Source of the DNA: the human T2T-CHM13v2.0 reference genome, Homo sapiens
Length of the DNA stretch: 64,000 bases
Strand: one strand, 5' to 3'
Assembly: GCF_009914755.1 (NCBI RefSeq)
Contig: NC_060925.1
The notes under the pieces are model-generated. The model was not told where the DNA came from and did no database searches. It saw nothing but the letters and a program-made list of their open reading frames with translations. How positions within the stretch are numbered: position 1 is the stretch's first letter; each line of letters opens with the position of its first letter. The position numbers were made by a program, and so were the translations under genes. Of the stretch, positions 33,101 through 49,299 are shown piece by piece.

Positions 33101-35712
33101 AGGGACTTAGCTCTGTTCACTGCTGTGTCAACTGCATCTAGAACAGTGCCTGAAAGTCTGTGATGGAATAAATGAACCAGTGTCCCGGGGCACTGCTGCT
33201 AGAGGTGCAGGCTGTGGGCAGGTGCGGCTGCACACCGTCGCTATCACTCTGAGATGAGGTCAGTGTAGGCATTGAGTAAGCATTTGGAAAATTCTATGGC
33301 AATCTGCAGCCACTTCCATGCATGTGGGTGGACTATAGACCATTCTGGGTTTGTCAAAGTCACATGGCAAATCCCAGCTGGCACACACACACGAAGAGAA
33401 CAGTGTCATCAATGCAGTACACCCATGCAGTAGGACCATGTATCAGGCCATGATGGAGTAGAAATTAAAAACGACGAACTGTGGTCTTTCCCTACAGATC
33501 ATCTGAGAAGCTCTGCTATAGAATGCGTCATCCTGCCCAGCACACAGGAGGCTCTCAGGCTATGTTTGTTGAATAAATGAACAATGGAAAGTCACAATTT
33601 CTGCTCACCTTCGAACCAGGTGCAGCCTTGGGATCTGCATTCCTAAGAAGAGACACTGGACCTCAGGCTCTGACCCCAGAGCAGGAGGGCAGTGGCTGTC
33701 CCTGACCCCCTGATCTCTGAGCTCAGAGGAGGACAGTGAGCCCGTCCAACTTCGTGAGGTGAGAGCTCCCTTACCTCAGCCCCCAACAAGGGCCTTTATT
33801 ATTAAATGTCCCCTTCAAGGAAATTCTCATCCTTCCATAGACAAGCCTCTAACTGGTGCTCCCTGGGGCCAAACTTAGCTGGAGGTTGGCGTGGTGTGTG
33901 ACCCCTGATGCACAGGCCTTGCACCTGCTCCCAGGGGCATTGGAGCCAGGTACTTCCAGAGTCTTGGGTTGAAAAAAGCAGGGCTGGGACCGCACATCCC
34001 CTCACCCTCCCACTGCCTCTATTTTCAGGCTGAGTCTGCTATTTCCAAGGGTCAGCCAGTCCTGAATACTTCTCCTCCCCTGGCCCGCATGGGGCTTTGT
34101 GGGAAGATGATGAGAGCTGGTTGGGCTTTCCTCCAAAGGGATCTGCCCAGCTCTAGTCTCCCTATCTGGGACCACAGAGGCAGCAGATACCACACCTTCT
34201 TCCCCTGCAATCCTACCCCTAGCACAGTGGCCTGGTCAGGACTCCAGGCTCCCAGGCTCCCCATGTGCCCCGCTGGAGGGTTCTGGGATCTACAGAGCTC
34301 ACTGAAAGGACCTTACTGGGCTGGCCTGGGAAGGGGCTGGCAGAGGCAGCAAAGTGGCTGCAGTTGAAGGGCTCCCTGGGAATGTGCACTGCCACCACAT
34401 GACTGCCTGTCACCTGGGCCTGAAAATCTCCTTCTTTAGGTTCAAGGCATGGTGACCTGCTCAGGCATAAATCTCACTGGGACAGGGAGGCAATGGACTC
34501 ATATTCGTTGTTAACTCTTTAAGGCACGTGTGCTGCATGGAGGCAAGGTGGATTTGGCTGAGGAGGAGGAAGCCCAGGGTGCTTGCAGGGAGCTCAGGCT
34601 GGGGTGGAGGACAGGCATCCTCAAATGTCCCCTCCCTCTTAGGAACCTTACAGGAAGCTCTCCACACAGGCTTGGCAGGTGCTACTATTAGAAGACAGTT
34701 TTACAATATTCCTGATTGCTTTCCTCCCGGATTCCCTCACTTTCTTGTTCCCTTAAGCTGACAGCTGGACTGGGCCCCCTTGCCTCAGGATGGGTTTGTG
34801 GCAGGGCCCCAGGCTTTTGTTTTTCAAAGCCTGAGAATCACTGCAGCTTTGGGAAGTCTCAGGGGTAGAGCTCACAGTTTGAAGGTGTGGCAGGATCTGG
34901 GAGGAGGCCCTGGGACCCCCAAGAAAGCAGGACCCAGCCTCGATTCCTGCCTTAAGAAGGGTGCAGAGGACCTATAACCCTGTCACCTGCACACTGCCTG
35001 AGACCCAGGGCCTGGGCACATTCCCCAGGCAGGCGGGATAACTGAAAGCACCAGAATAGCTGCAGTGATCCCTCTCCATCCCAGAGGGATATGTGCTCAG
35101 GATCCATGGAAAGTTGGTTCACAGGAAAAAATAAGTCATTTCTTGCACACCTCAGTTGTGGACGGAGGTTTGCTCCGGCTGTGCTGTTTTTCCTGTTTCA
35201 CAGAGGTTGGAAGTGAGACTTAGAGGGGAATGAGGTGTCTGCTAAAGGCAAGGAGGCGTTGCCTGCTGTGACTGAAGCAACAGCGTTTCTGGTAGGCCGG
35301 CCTGATGTGCTGGCCTCTATGGCCACGCCGCACACTGGGTGTCCAGGGCCCTGGCATCTCCACAAACACCTCAGCCTCCAGGTTTGGAAGATGACCTGCT
35401 GAGGAGTGAGGGAAGTGGCTATGTTTAGCCCAACGAACGCTCACCCAAATAGACGTAACTGGAATGGGTATCCCTTGCCATCCTACCTCTGTCTCAGGGG
35501 TCTCATTTCCCTCTTCCAGTTCCCTCTTCCCCTCCCTGTACAGCACTTCCCTTACCAGGGAACCAAGCTCCCTCAGGTCTGGGTGGGCCAGACACACCAG
35601 GGCTGACTAGACAGAGGGACAATGGGGCTGAGGGTCCCAGTAGGGCTCTGCATGCTCAGGGTGAAGGGGGCTGGGAGAGAAAGGGAGACCAGTGCTGTCT
35701 TGGGTAATGAGG

Positions 35713-37745
35713 ATAATAATAGCTAAGCTTTAGTAAGCACCCGCTTATGAGCCCGGCCCTATTCTGGCCACATGCATACATTTAATCCTCACTGAAACTT
35801 TATAAGGTAAGTACTTTTTTTTTTTTGCCTTTTCAAGTTTTTATTTGTATACATTTTTGTATTAAAAAGAAAAATAATCATCACAGATTACAAAGGGCTA
35901 ACGCAGTAATAGAAGAATGAATGAATCTCTTTAGCCTAGAAAGCGGATACTCTCAATAGTATTAATGTCATAATACAAGCTCATCCAAGCGTTTTACATT
36001 TCTTTATTTTAATGTCCTTTTAAATGTGATGTCCTAGCATGTAGTAAAGATCATGTACTATGAGTGTAAGATGGAAATTTCTCCACAAAGCCAGATAAGT
36101 TTTCCTCTCTAGTGAGAAATGGGCTATAATAAGTTCTTAAAAATTCTTATCTTCTCTGCCATGAATGAACATGGCTGAAGGTGGAGAGGCTGCGGGCTGG
36201 GGAAAATCCAGGGACCTTTCCACACAGGAGGTTCTCTGGGGTTCCATCCCGGAGGGTGTCACATAACCCAGATAACTCTACTCAGGCTTTTGACAAAAAA
36301 CAACCCTCACCCTCCATAACTAGTCATCTTCCTTGCCCCTCCTTCTCACTTCCAGGGCCTTCTGAGATGTATCTTTCATAAAATCAATAATCAGGGAAGA
36401 GGAAAAAAGAGCTAGGATGGAACAAAAGTAAAACGTTTAGCAACTTTGACACAGGGGCTCGGCACCTCTACCTGAGCTGCAGGGGTCCCGGCTGGGGCAG
36501 GGCCGGGTGGCCCTCCTCTACTGGCAATGCATCTGCTCCCAGATGCAGGAGAGGGTGAGAGAGACTCGCACCTTTCAGGGCCGAGGCACACACACCTTCT
36601 GGTGTCTGATGCCCAAAGTTTGTGCTGGCATGGACCAACCTTGGGAGCATGCAGGATGAACAGGGGGATCTGGGCAGGCTGCTGCCTTGTGTCTCAGGTC
36701 TTGGAGCCCCATGGGAGGATGGTGGGTGTGAGGTGGCCAGCCCCGATGGCCCTTGCCATGACAGCTACATTGGTCCTCAATTCAAGTGTCTTCAGAAAGT
36801 GAAGATGTAAGCTACTCTTTGCAACATTAACTCCTAACAAGTCCAAAAAAAAAAAAGTACAAGAAGAAAAGAAAAAGCATCCCCCCTCCTCCATCAGCAT
36901 ATGTTGAGATGAAGCCCTCACCTCTCTGCCCCAAAGGGGCTTTCTCTTTCAAGGATGTGTGTGAAGAAGACGGTAGTCCCCTGGCCTGGGAGTAAACTCT
37001 AGATAAGAACAGTCTTTCACCACACCCCAAGGCTTCCTTGTGCCTCCGAGCCCAGTGGAGGACGAACACTGAGGTTTCTGTGGTGCTGGATACAGCACAG
37101 GGTGGCGTGACCTGAAGACAAGAAAGGGGGAGGAGGGGGTCCTCCTGGAGTCCAGTGCCTGGTGAAGTGTGGGGCAGGCTCCAGACTGGGCAGGGAAAGG
37201 CCTCGGATCCCAGTGTCACAGCAGAGGCCAGACACTCTTCCTTGGTTCAAGGTGAATAGGTCACAGGAACTGAGACGGGCTTCCCACATACAACCACTGG
37301 GAGGGCAAAGGTAGGGAAGGGTACAGGCCGGAAACAACGAGGTGCCCAAGGTAAGAGGCAGGCCCTCGTCAGCCTCGGATACTGTCTCCTACTCCCAACC
37401 CTTGGGCCCAATAGAGGAACCAGTTGAAAAGGAAGGCCCGACATATTTCCATCAGCAAGCAACAGGACCACCAACTCCTCCGTGTTGCCCAGCTCCCACT
37501 GAGAGTGGACATACAGTCATACCCATACCCAACACGCATCCCAGTCTGTGCGGAGCAGTCCATCATCATCCTCCCTAGCTTCGGACGACAGCCGACTAAG
37601 GTAGGTACTCTTATCCCATTTTACAGATGAGGAAGCCAAAGCACAGAGGGATTAATTTCTCCAGGATCACATAGCTACCAAGAGGCAGAGCCATGATATG
37701 TATAGACAGTTTGATTCCAGACTCCATGGTCTCAACCACTATGCC
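35713..37745. mobile_element. MIR split by the retrocopy (halves about 35713-35814 and 37597-37745)
   Basis: TTTAATCCTCAC...AAGGTAAGTACT resumes as CTTATCCCATTTTACAGATGAGGAA. Confidence 0.75.
35815..37596 (-). pseudogene. Processed mRNA retrocopy (mostly 3'UTR-like; parent gene not identified)
   Basis: Poly(A) 35826-35815, AATAAA 35845-35840, TSD TAAGGTA(A/G)GTACT at 35803 and 37597, splits a MIR. Confidence 0.8.
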
Positions 37746-37880
37746 AGGCAGAGGGGAGAGAAAGATACAGTATGCCTGGGACACCTGGGTACATTTGTCA
37801 GATCCCGCCCTCAATCCACCCCAGGTCTGTCTTTGCCCCCCGAGGCTTGGGTTCAGTGTGACTTCAGCTGTGGGCTGTTA

Positions 37881-38242
<362 letters not shown>

Positions 38243-39115
38243 TCACAGATGAGGTAATGGAGGTTCAGAGAGTTTAGGAAGCTGCCAACCAGTCTAGATT
38301 GGAGGCAGGTTGGTTTGACTTGAGAGGCCGTCCTTTCCTGCGACTCCCCAGGGAGCTAGCAAAGCTTGGGCAAAGGCTTTCCTCCAAGGCTTTCCTCCAA
38401 GGCTTCTGTTGTTCAGCTATTACAGTGTCTGCAGCCCCTGTGCCTGGTGTGAAGGGGCATGGGTTGGGATGGGCGGGGGAGAATCTAAGTGCCCTGAAAG
38501 GGGACCTGAGTTCTTGCAGTGGTGGGAGGGCAGGCTCCCAGGTGGGTCTAAAATCCAGGCTTTCATTCATTTCCACAGACCCTTTTGGAGCACCATCACT
38601 TCTCTGTACAGTGGCCCAGGCTCAAACCACCCTGTGCTCTGCAGGTCCTGGATCTCTAAGGGGTGAGGCCAGAGCTGCGGTCCTTCTGAGGCCCCAGCCT
38701 CCCCAGATGGCGAGGGGAATGGGCTGCTGGCCACAAGAGTTGGCGAGCGCATTCCAGACCCTATAAAAAGACAAACGCCCTGGCTGCCAGAGGCTTAGGC
38801 TCCAGCCTCGTGGAGGACGCTGCAGCAACTTGAACCCCAGGAATGCGACAGGGGCCTGGTGGAGCCTGCTGATGCCTGAGGGGTGGGAAGCCACCCTGCA
38901 GCCCAGGAGGGGCCAAATGGGCAGCCATCTTGCAGAGCTTGCCAGGCCCTGCCCTGCCCTGCCCTGCCCTCGAGGAGAGCAGGCACCATCTACTTAAGAA
39001 AAATCTAAATTATCCAGAACTTGGAAATAAAGCAAAGAAAGGATGCCATATCTTTGTAATATCATGTTGGAGCATTTTATAACAGGCCTGGCCAAGGATT
39101 ATCTAATTATCCAGG

Positions 39116-39337
39116 TCAGGGTTTCTCAACCTCAGCCCTAATGATATTTTGGTCTGGATACTTCTTTGTTGGTGGGAGGGGGCTGTCCTGTGCATTGCAG
39201 GGCCCCTGCCTCTACCCCACTAGATGCTAGTAGGACACATCTCCGCCCCTGCCCCTCCCCCTCACAATTCCAGTTGTTGCCAAATGTCCTCTGGGGCAGA
39301 ACTACTTCCCCTCCCCAATCCCTTGAAAACCACTGAC
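39116..39337. mobile_element. MER20-like hAT DNA transposon
   Basis: CAGGGTTTCTCAACCTCAGC...GCCAAATGTCCTCTGGGGCAG...GAAAACCACTG terminal inverted repeats. Confidence 0.75.
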
Positions 39338-42300
39338 CTAGGAGGGAATGTAACTTTGTTTAGCTCTCACTATTCTGTCCTCTAGAGATGCAAATGAATT
39401 CTGCCTGATAGGAAGATAACCCCAATGGTTAGAGTTTTATTGCCCTGTAGGACATTAACCAGCTTGGTATCTAACCTAGCAATCCTATTCCATCATTCTC
39501 TCTCCGGTGTCATAACTTCTGCTGCTCTAATTCCCTTTAACTCAGCTTCACACGCCTGCTTGTTCTCTTTTGAGTTGAACTAATCTTTGATATGTGTTCC
39601 TTGGATATTTTACTCACAGTTGTGTTTTCACTTTTTGAACATCATACTTTGACATAGGATTGCTTTGAGGGTGAAATGAGATAATGTAGCAAAAGCAATC
39701 AGTTTATCATGTCTGCCCAACAATTAGGAAGTCTGATAATTGTTTTTGCTTTTCCACATTGGTCCCCTCAGCCTGGCCTAGGCTGGAATGGTAACCCTGC
39801 CCAATAAAGGATGTAGGCCTGCCCACAGAGCCACCTGGGCATGTGCAGTGATCTAACCTCTCTGCGCTGTGGTTTACTCCTCTGTACAAATGAGAAAAAT
39901 AAAAGTACCTGCCTCATGGGCATTCAGTGTGATAACACATATAAGGCATTAGAACAGTGACTGACAATATGCAAGTAATCGATAAATATTGAATGTCATT
40001 GTTGCTGCTGCTGCTGCTGATTTGCTGGAGGACTGGGGAGGGGTGATCAGGAAAGCCATTAAGAAAAGTTAGGGGTTTCAAGGAGAGAAGACACAGAGTT
40101 AAAGAGAAATCAGGGACAAACGATGGGCAGGGTGAAGAGGAATTCTTTACCTGAAATAATCCTTTGGCATAACTGTTGGGGGTTAGACCCTTTGAATCTA
40201 GAACAACCTGGGGGTCTCTGTGACTATAGGCTTTTTGGCTGGTGAGCCTGCTCTGTGGGGCCTGCATGATCAAAGTTCCTTCTGTTGATAGATAAAGCAC
40301 TACAACTTAGAAGGTCTTCACTCATCCAGTTACCTCTCTCAAGTATACAATATCATCCCCATTTTATAAAGGAGGAAACTGAGGGAACAGAAAGGTTACA
40401 TAACTTGTCTAAGATCACACAGCTAGTAGGTGAGTGGGCCTGGGCTCAAAAGCAGATTCTAGCTCCAGAACCCATTTTTATAACCACCATGCCATAATGG
40501 GCTGATTTCAGAGGCCCGTGCCACTGTGACATCCCACAGTTGGCCAGGATGTCAGCATCCTGGATCCTCCTCTTGCCACCCTCTGATCAGCTGCATATTC
40601 ATTCCCAGGACTCCTTGCTCTCTCTGGGCCTCAGTTTCCTCTTCTATTCAGGGAAGATCCTGGGATTTCCCACAGACACAGAGCAGGCAGAGTCAGAGGT
40701 GTACCTCTAGCCCCAGGAAACCCGGGCCCCAAGTCTATTACCCTCAGCCAGTGCTGGCAGAAGGGATATGGAGGGACACTGCCAAGGGAGCCTATTCCCA
40801 CAGACAGCAGTCACACCCCCGGCCCTGCTCGCACACACGGCAACTGAGGGAAGCCCTTCTTGCCCACAACCATCCCCGCCCCTGCCCCACCCAGCCAGTT
40901 TGGCATGTGCCAAAGTGAGGAAACCTCTGTCATAAAATGCTTGGACCTGCAAATCCAATTACCCATCAGTGGACACAGGCACCTGTATCACCACACATCT
41001 GAAGTTGAACTCACCACCTTCCTCCTCCCTACCCCCATCTGCAGTCTTGGTAAGTGATACTGCCATCTGCTCTGTCCACTTCTGACCCCCAAGTGTCATC
41101 CTCCCCCTCCCCCACACCTCCATCCCCACCTCCAGTCCTCACCATGGATTCCACCTGGCAGGTCTTTCTTAAGGCCACCTCACAGCCATCTTTACCATCA
41201 CCAGTGCCTTGGCCCAGCCTCCCCTGTTTCCTGCCTGGATGACTTCCCTGGGCTCCCTGCCCCCTTCCCTGCTTCCCATCTCACCCCACGTCACCCCAAT
41301 CCATGCTCCACATGGGGCCTGAGAGATTTTTCTAAATCCCCCCCTGACCTCTCTGTCTCTTGCCTCCAGCCCTTTGCCCACGTGGCTTCCTCTGCCCAGA
41401 ATCCCCTCTCCCGCTTGGCCTTCTACAATGCGCTCCTTCACAGCCAGGCTACATAATGGGGGGCCCAGTACAAGTGAAAATGTGGGCCCCCACGTTCAAA
41501 CAGTAGGAAATGAGTGCTGATGAAGGTACTAAATATAAAGCTTTTCCCTTTCTTTCAGCCCCTTTCTCAGCCTACTGTGGTGTCTTTTGATTGCTGTTCA
41601 GTGTTGTGCAGGGCAAGTGCAGATTGCCACAAGCGCCTCCTCCTAATCTTCCCCCTCCACCCTCACCATCCCACAGCCCGACATCCTGTGCCCTGGCCAG
41701 AGGTGGAGGTGTGGAGCCAGGCATCTCCCCTTCACTCAGACCCACCACCTCAACCCATAGTGGACATCCGGCACCCAAGGGTGTTGCAATCTCTGCTTCC
41801 TGGGAAACAGTAAGTACCCAGAATCGGGGAGGGCCTTGGAGGCTCAACCTCATAGGTCATTTACTGAATGGACTGCAGCAATGTCAGCCCAGGGTAGAGA
41901 CAACCAGAGCCATGTCCTTCCCTGAGACACGGCCCTTCCCATTCTCCCACTCAGGCCTCTGCCAAGTGGCCCAGGACCCCAGAGGGCAAAACATCAAGCT
42001 GAGAGCCCCTCCTTAGAGGCAGGGAGATGGCAGAAGTCAGGACCTTTTGTGAGCCAAGGTTCCAAGCTTGAGGTGCATGTGCCATTGTCCCAATGGACTT
42101 CACTTACAAATCATAAATTCAAAGATAAAATTAATTAAAATCTCAATACTTTGACCACAGAGCATTCAACCCCAAATGTGGGGCCCTTCTGAGTGGGAGT
42201 CCTCTGGGACTGCATAGGTGGCACTTGTGTGAGCTGTCCCTGTCCTCAACCTTTAGGTCTCAGGTTAAACATCCCATACTTGGGGAAGCCTTCCTGATCT

Positions 42301-43047
42301 CAAGACTAGCTTAGGTTCTCTGTCAATATGCTACCATAATATCCCCAAATCTTGAACCTTTCCCATTTCATTTTAACTACCTGTTTAATTGGTTTTATTA
42401 TATTTACTTGTTTAATCCATGTAATGAAGCTCTGTGAAGATGGGAAATGTGTCTATTTGGTTCACAGTGATATCCCCAGTATGTGCCAGGGATGTGATAG
42501 ACACTAAAGATGCATTCGTTAAATGAATGAGAAAGGTCATGAATAATTAAACCTTAGGCCTCCTTTCTTGAAAGCTACGGGTTATTCTGGATGACTGGAA
42601 AGACCCCAACCCTTCTCTGCTACCTACAAAGCAGCCAATAGGGCAAGAGAGAGAGTGCCTACTGCCCTTTTCTACTCTGACTCCTCTCATCTCCCTCTTG
42701 CTGGGTTTTGTGGACATGAACAGTGAGGACCCCTGAGCTCGAAGGTGGCTGAGCGACCTTGGGTATCACCGACTTTCTCTGGGCTTCACAATTAAGGGGT
42801 CAGGTTAGGAGTCCTCACTGAGCATTCATTTCCCATAGAGCTCTGACATGCCAGGTGGCATTTGCTGCTTTGGAAACATTTCTGATTAGGTTTCCGACTT
42901 GCAGGGAACTCATAATACTGTCTCTATGAACTCTAGGCCTAACCCAAGGTTTTGCAACTCCAGCCCACAAACTAAAGAAAAACATACACAGGACCACGTG
43001 AAACAGTTAAGGGAGCCAATTTTGTTTCAGGATGGAAGATGACATAA

Positions 43048-43360
<313 letters not shown>

Positions 43361-43921
43361 GGTAAAATTTAATATCCTCCAAGGTGGGGCAGAGTTTTTT
43401 TACAAAAGTAGTCAATGTCACAGGGAACTGAGGCCCAAAAATATGAAATCCTGAAGGGTGGGGTAGACCTAGAGCTCTCCCTGCATTCAGGGACATGGAG
43501 ACTAACCCTATGGTGTAGAATGCCCAGAGTTTAAGAAATGCCTTCCTTGCCGGCAAAGGTGGCATTGGCCCTGCCAACATTTAATCCCACTCTCCTTCCA
43601 CACTCAGGAGCTCAGAGTGTTTTCCCCTCATAGCAAGCACACATTTAGAATCCCAGCTTCCCATCAGCTCAAGATAGATTCCCATGGAAACCAGCATAAA
43701 GGAAAGGCAGAGATGTGTCAGGCCCTGGACACATGCAAATATGCCTCCTCCCTCCCAGGCCCTGCAGTTTCAGTGCAGGAAAAAAGCCCTGTTGAAAAGG
43801 TGGTTCCATTGTTCTGTCCCCTAGGGAGCCTGAGGCCACTGTTTATAAGAGGGCTTCCCCTAGAAGTCTTTCTGCCGTCACCCATCACCTTGGCAACACA
43901 GCCTGTACAAGAGCAGGTTCT

Positions 43922-44217
43922 GGCTAGGTGTGGTGGCTCACACCTATAATCACAGCACTTTGGAAGGCTGAGACTGGTGGATCACCTGAGGTCAGGAGTT
44001 CGAGGCCAGCCTGGCCAACATGGCGAAACCCCATCTCAACTAAAAATATGAAAATTATCTGGGCATGGTGGCAGGCGCCTGTAATCCCAGCTACTTGGGA
44101 GGCTGAGGCAGGAGCATCACTTGAACCCAGGAGGCGGAGGTTGCAGTGAGCCGAGAGCCGAGATCACACAGCCTGGGCAACAGAGTGAGACTCTGTCTCA
44201 AAAAAAAAAAAAAAAAG
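43922..44217 (+). mobile_element. Alu (AluSx-like)
   Basis: Full Alu with A tail. Confidence 0.95.
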
Positions 44218-45011
44218 AGGTTCTAAAATCAGAGAGACCAAGCTGGAGGCCCTACCACAAGATATAGATGTGGGTGACCCTGGGTAATGTGCCTAAACTC
44301 TCTGAATATCAGTCTCCTTTGTCTTTTAAATGGGTCTAATAATGTTACTTACCCCACAGGAGTAGTTATAGGGATTAAATAATACAATAATGTAAAATAT
44401 TTAGCACAAATCCTGGCATTTAATAAGCACTTACTAAATGCTAGCCATTTTTATTATTAATTAGCTATTGAGTAAGTAAGTCCCTGAACCTCTCTAGGTC
44501 TCAGTTTTCTCATCCATAAAACAGAATGAGGTGGGGAGGAGGTAGGACAGCTTAATTTTTGAATATTCCTTCCAGCCCTGGCATTTTATGGTTCCAGGTA
44601 TGTGTTACTGATGAAGGGGTGAAGAGATAGTGGTATTATAAAACTCTAAAACATGTCCTTGCTTCAGATTCCTGGATAAAACTCTCCCATGAAGGCAAAC
44701 TTAGTGGACACAAGTTTCTTATGAATTACATTTGGGGAAGAGAAATTAGCATTCAACCTCTGTGGCTCACTAGCTGACCTTACTAAGCCTCAGTTTCCAC
44801 ATCTGTCAAATGGAACCACTTTATGAGTTGGTTGTGAGGATTAAATGAATTTACTCTCATCAGGTATTAGCACAGTGCCTGGGACCAATGAGTGCGTGCT
44901 TAGTGCTGGCTGACAGTATCAGAATCTGGAATAAGCAGGTTGACCCTGGAAACCCATTGAGCCACTCAGCCAGCCCTGCAGGTGGCTGGGGATGCAGGGC
45001 CTGCATCGTCA

Positions 45012-47760
<2,749 letters not shown>

Positions 47761-48175
47761 TGCAGAGTGGCCCCCTCATGCCAAAATTAGGCTTACCCCT
47801 CCTCAGCCCCATGACATTGTCTGGAGAAGGCACTGGGCAGCCTAAGTCAGGACAGCTCCACAGCAGCCCCTACCCATCTCAGTATCTGCACCATCAGCCA
47901 AAACTCCCCAAGCATACCCTCAACCCACCCCCACAAGCAATCCCATGTCAGAGAAACAGTAAACCCCTCTCCAGTGGGCTAGAAGGCTCCCAGAACAACC
48001 CTGAGTGTGCACACCTCTGGCATAGCACCTGCCTCACTGTGGAGCATCTGCTGTGTATCTTTCTTCCCCATCTCCTCCCATCCCTACAGGTGTAAAGGTT
48101 GTGTGCATTATCTCTGGGACTCTGGCCCCTTCTCTGCACAGTCCCCCTATGTACTATGCTCCCTGTAAATGTTCA

Positions 48176-48480
<305 letters not shown>

Positions 48481-48501
48481 AGTTCATTGAGGATAGCCAC
48501 G

Positions 48502-48800
<299 letters not shown>

Positions 48801-48952
48801 CTAACAACACTGAATCTTAAATGTGCTGAGCTAACAGCGAACCCCACATATCCTCCCAGCAAGTACTCTGGGCTGGGAGTGAGAATAAGAAAGGGGCACC
48901 AGGAAGGGTGAGGGTAGACAATGATCTAGGAATGAGAAAATTCAACAATCCT

Positions 48953-48958
48953 TTTATT
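48953..48958 (-). terminator. ASCL5: ASCL5 polyadenylation signal AATAAA
   Basis: First AATAAA about 780 nt after the stop codon, followed by T/GT-rich sequence on the minus strand. Confidence 0.7.
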
Positions 48959-49299
48959 TAGCTCTTTGGTGCCGACGCAGTGCCTATGTACCTATATGCA
49001 CGCCCCCCTCCCCCAAGGCTTACAGTCTGAGGGAAAAAAACCACAGTCCCCACCCAACCTGGGACAAAACTAGACGACCTCATGGGGGGGATGCGGGGAG
49101 GGAGTAACCCCCCCTCCCAACCCAGGAAGCCAGAGAACGCCACCGGGGCACACAGGTCGCCTCTGCTGAGTCTGTAGGTTCGGTCTGGGCTGAGCGCCAG
49201 CAGCAATCTGGCCTCCCATCCCTTCCTCTGGGTTCCTTTCTCGAGGAGTAAGCGTGCTCCCAAAGAAGTCGCTAGTATCTGAGGCCATCTGGTGGAGAG

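Noticed and set aside
33775-33862. Possible cryptic minus-strand exon in intron 2 (CAG acceptor, GAG|GTAAGG donor)
   Set aside because: Weak acceptor, 88 nt frameshifting and no homology; such pairs are common by chance
47781-47791. CCAAAATTAGG as a CArG box
   Set aside because: Seven A/T bases rather than the six required for CC(A/T)6GG
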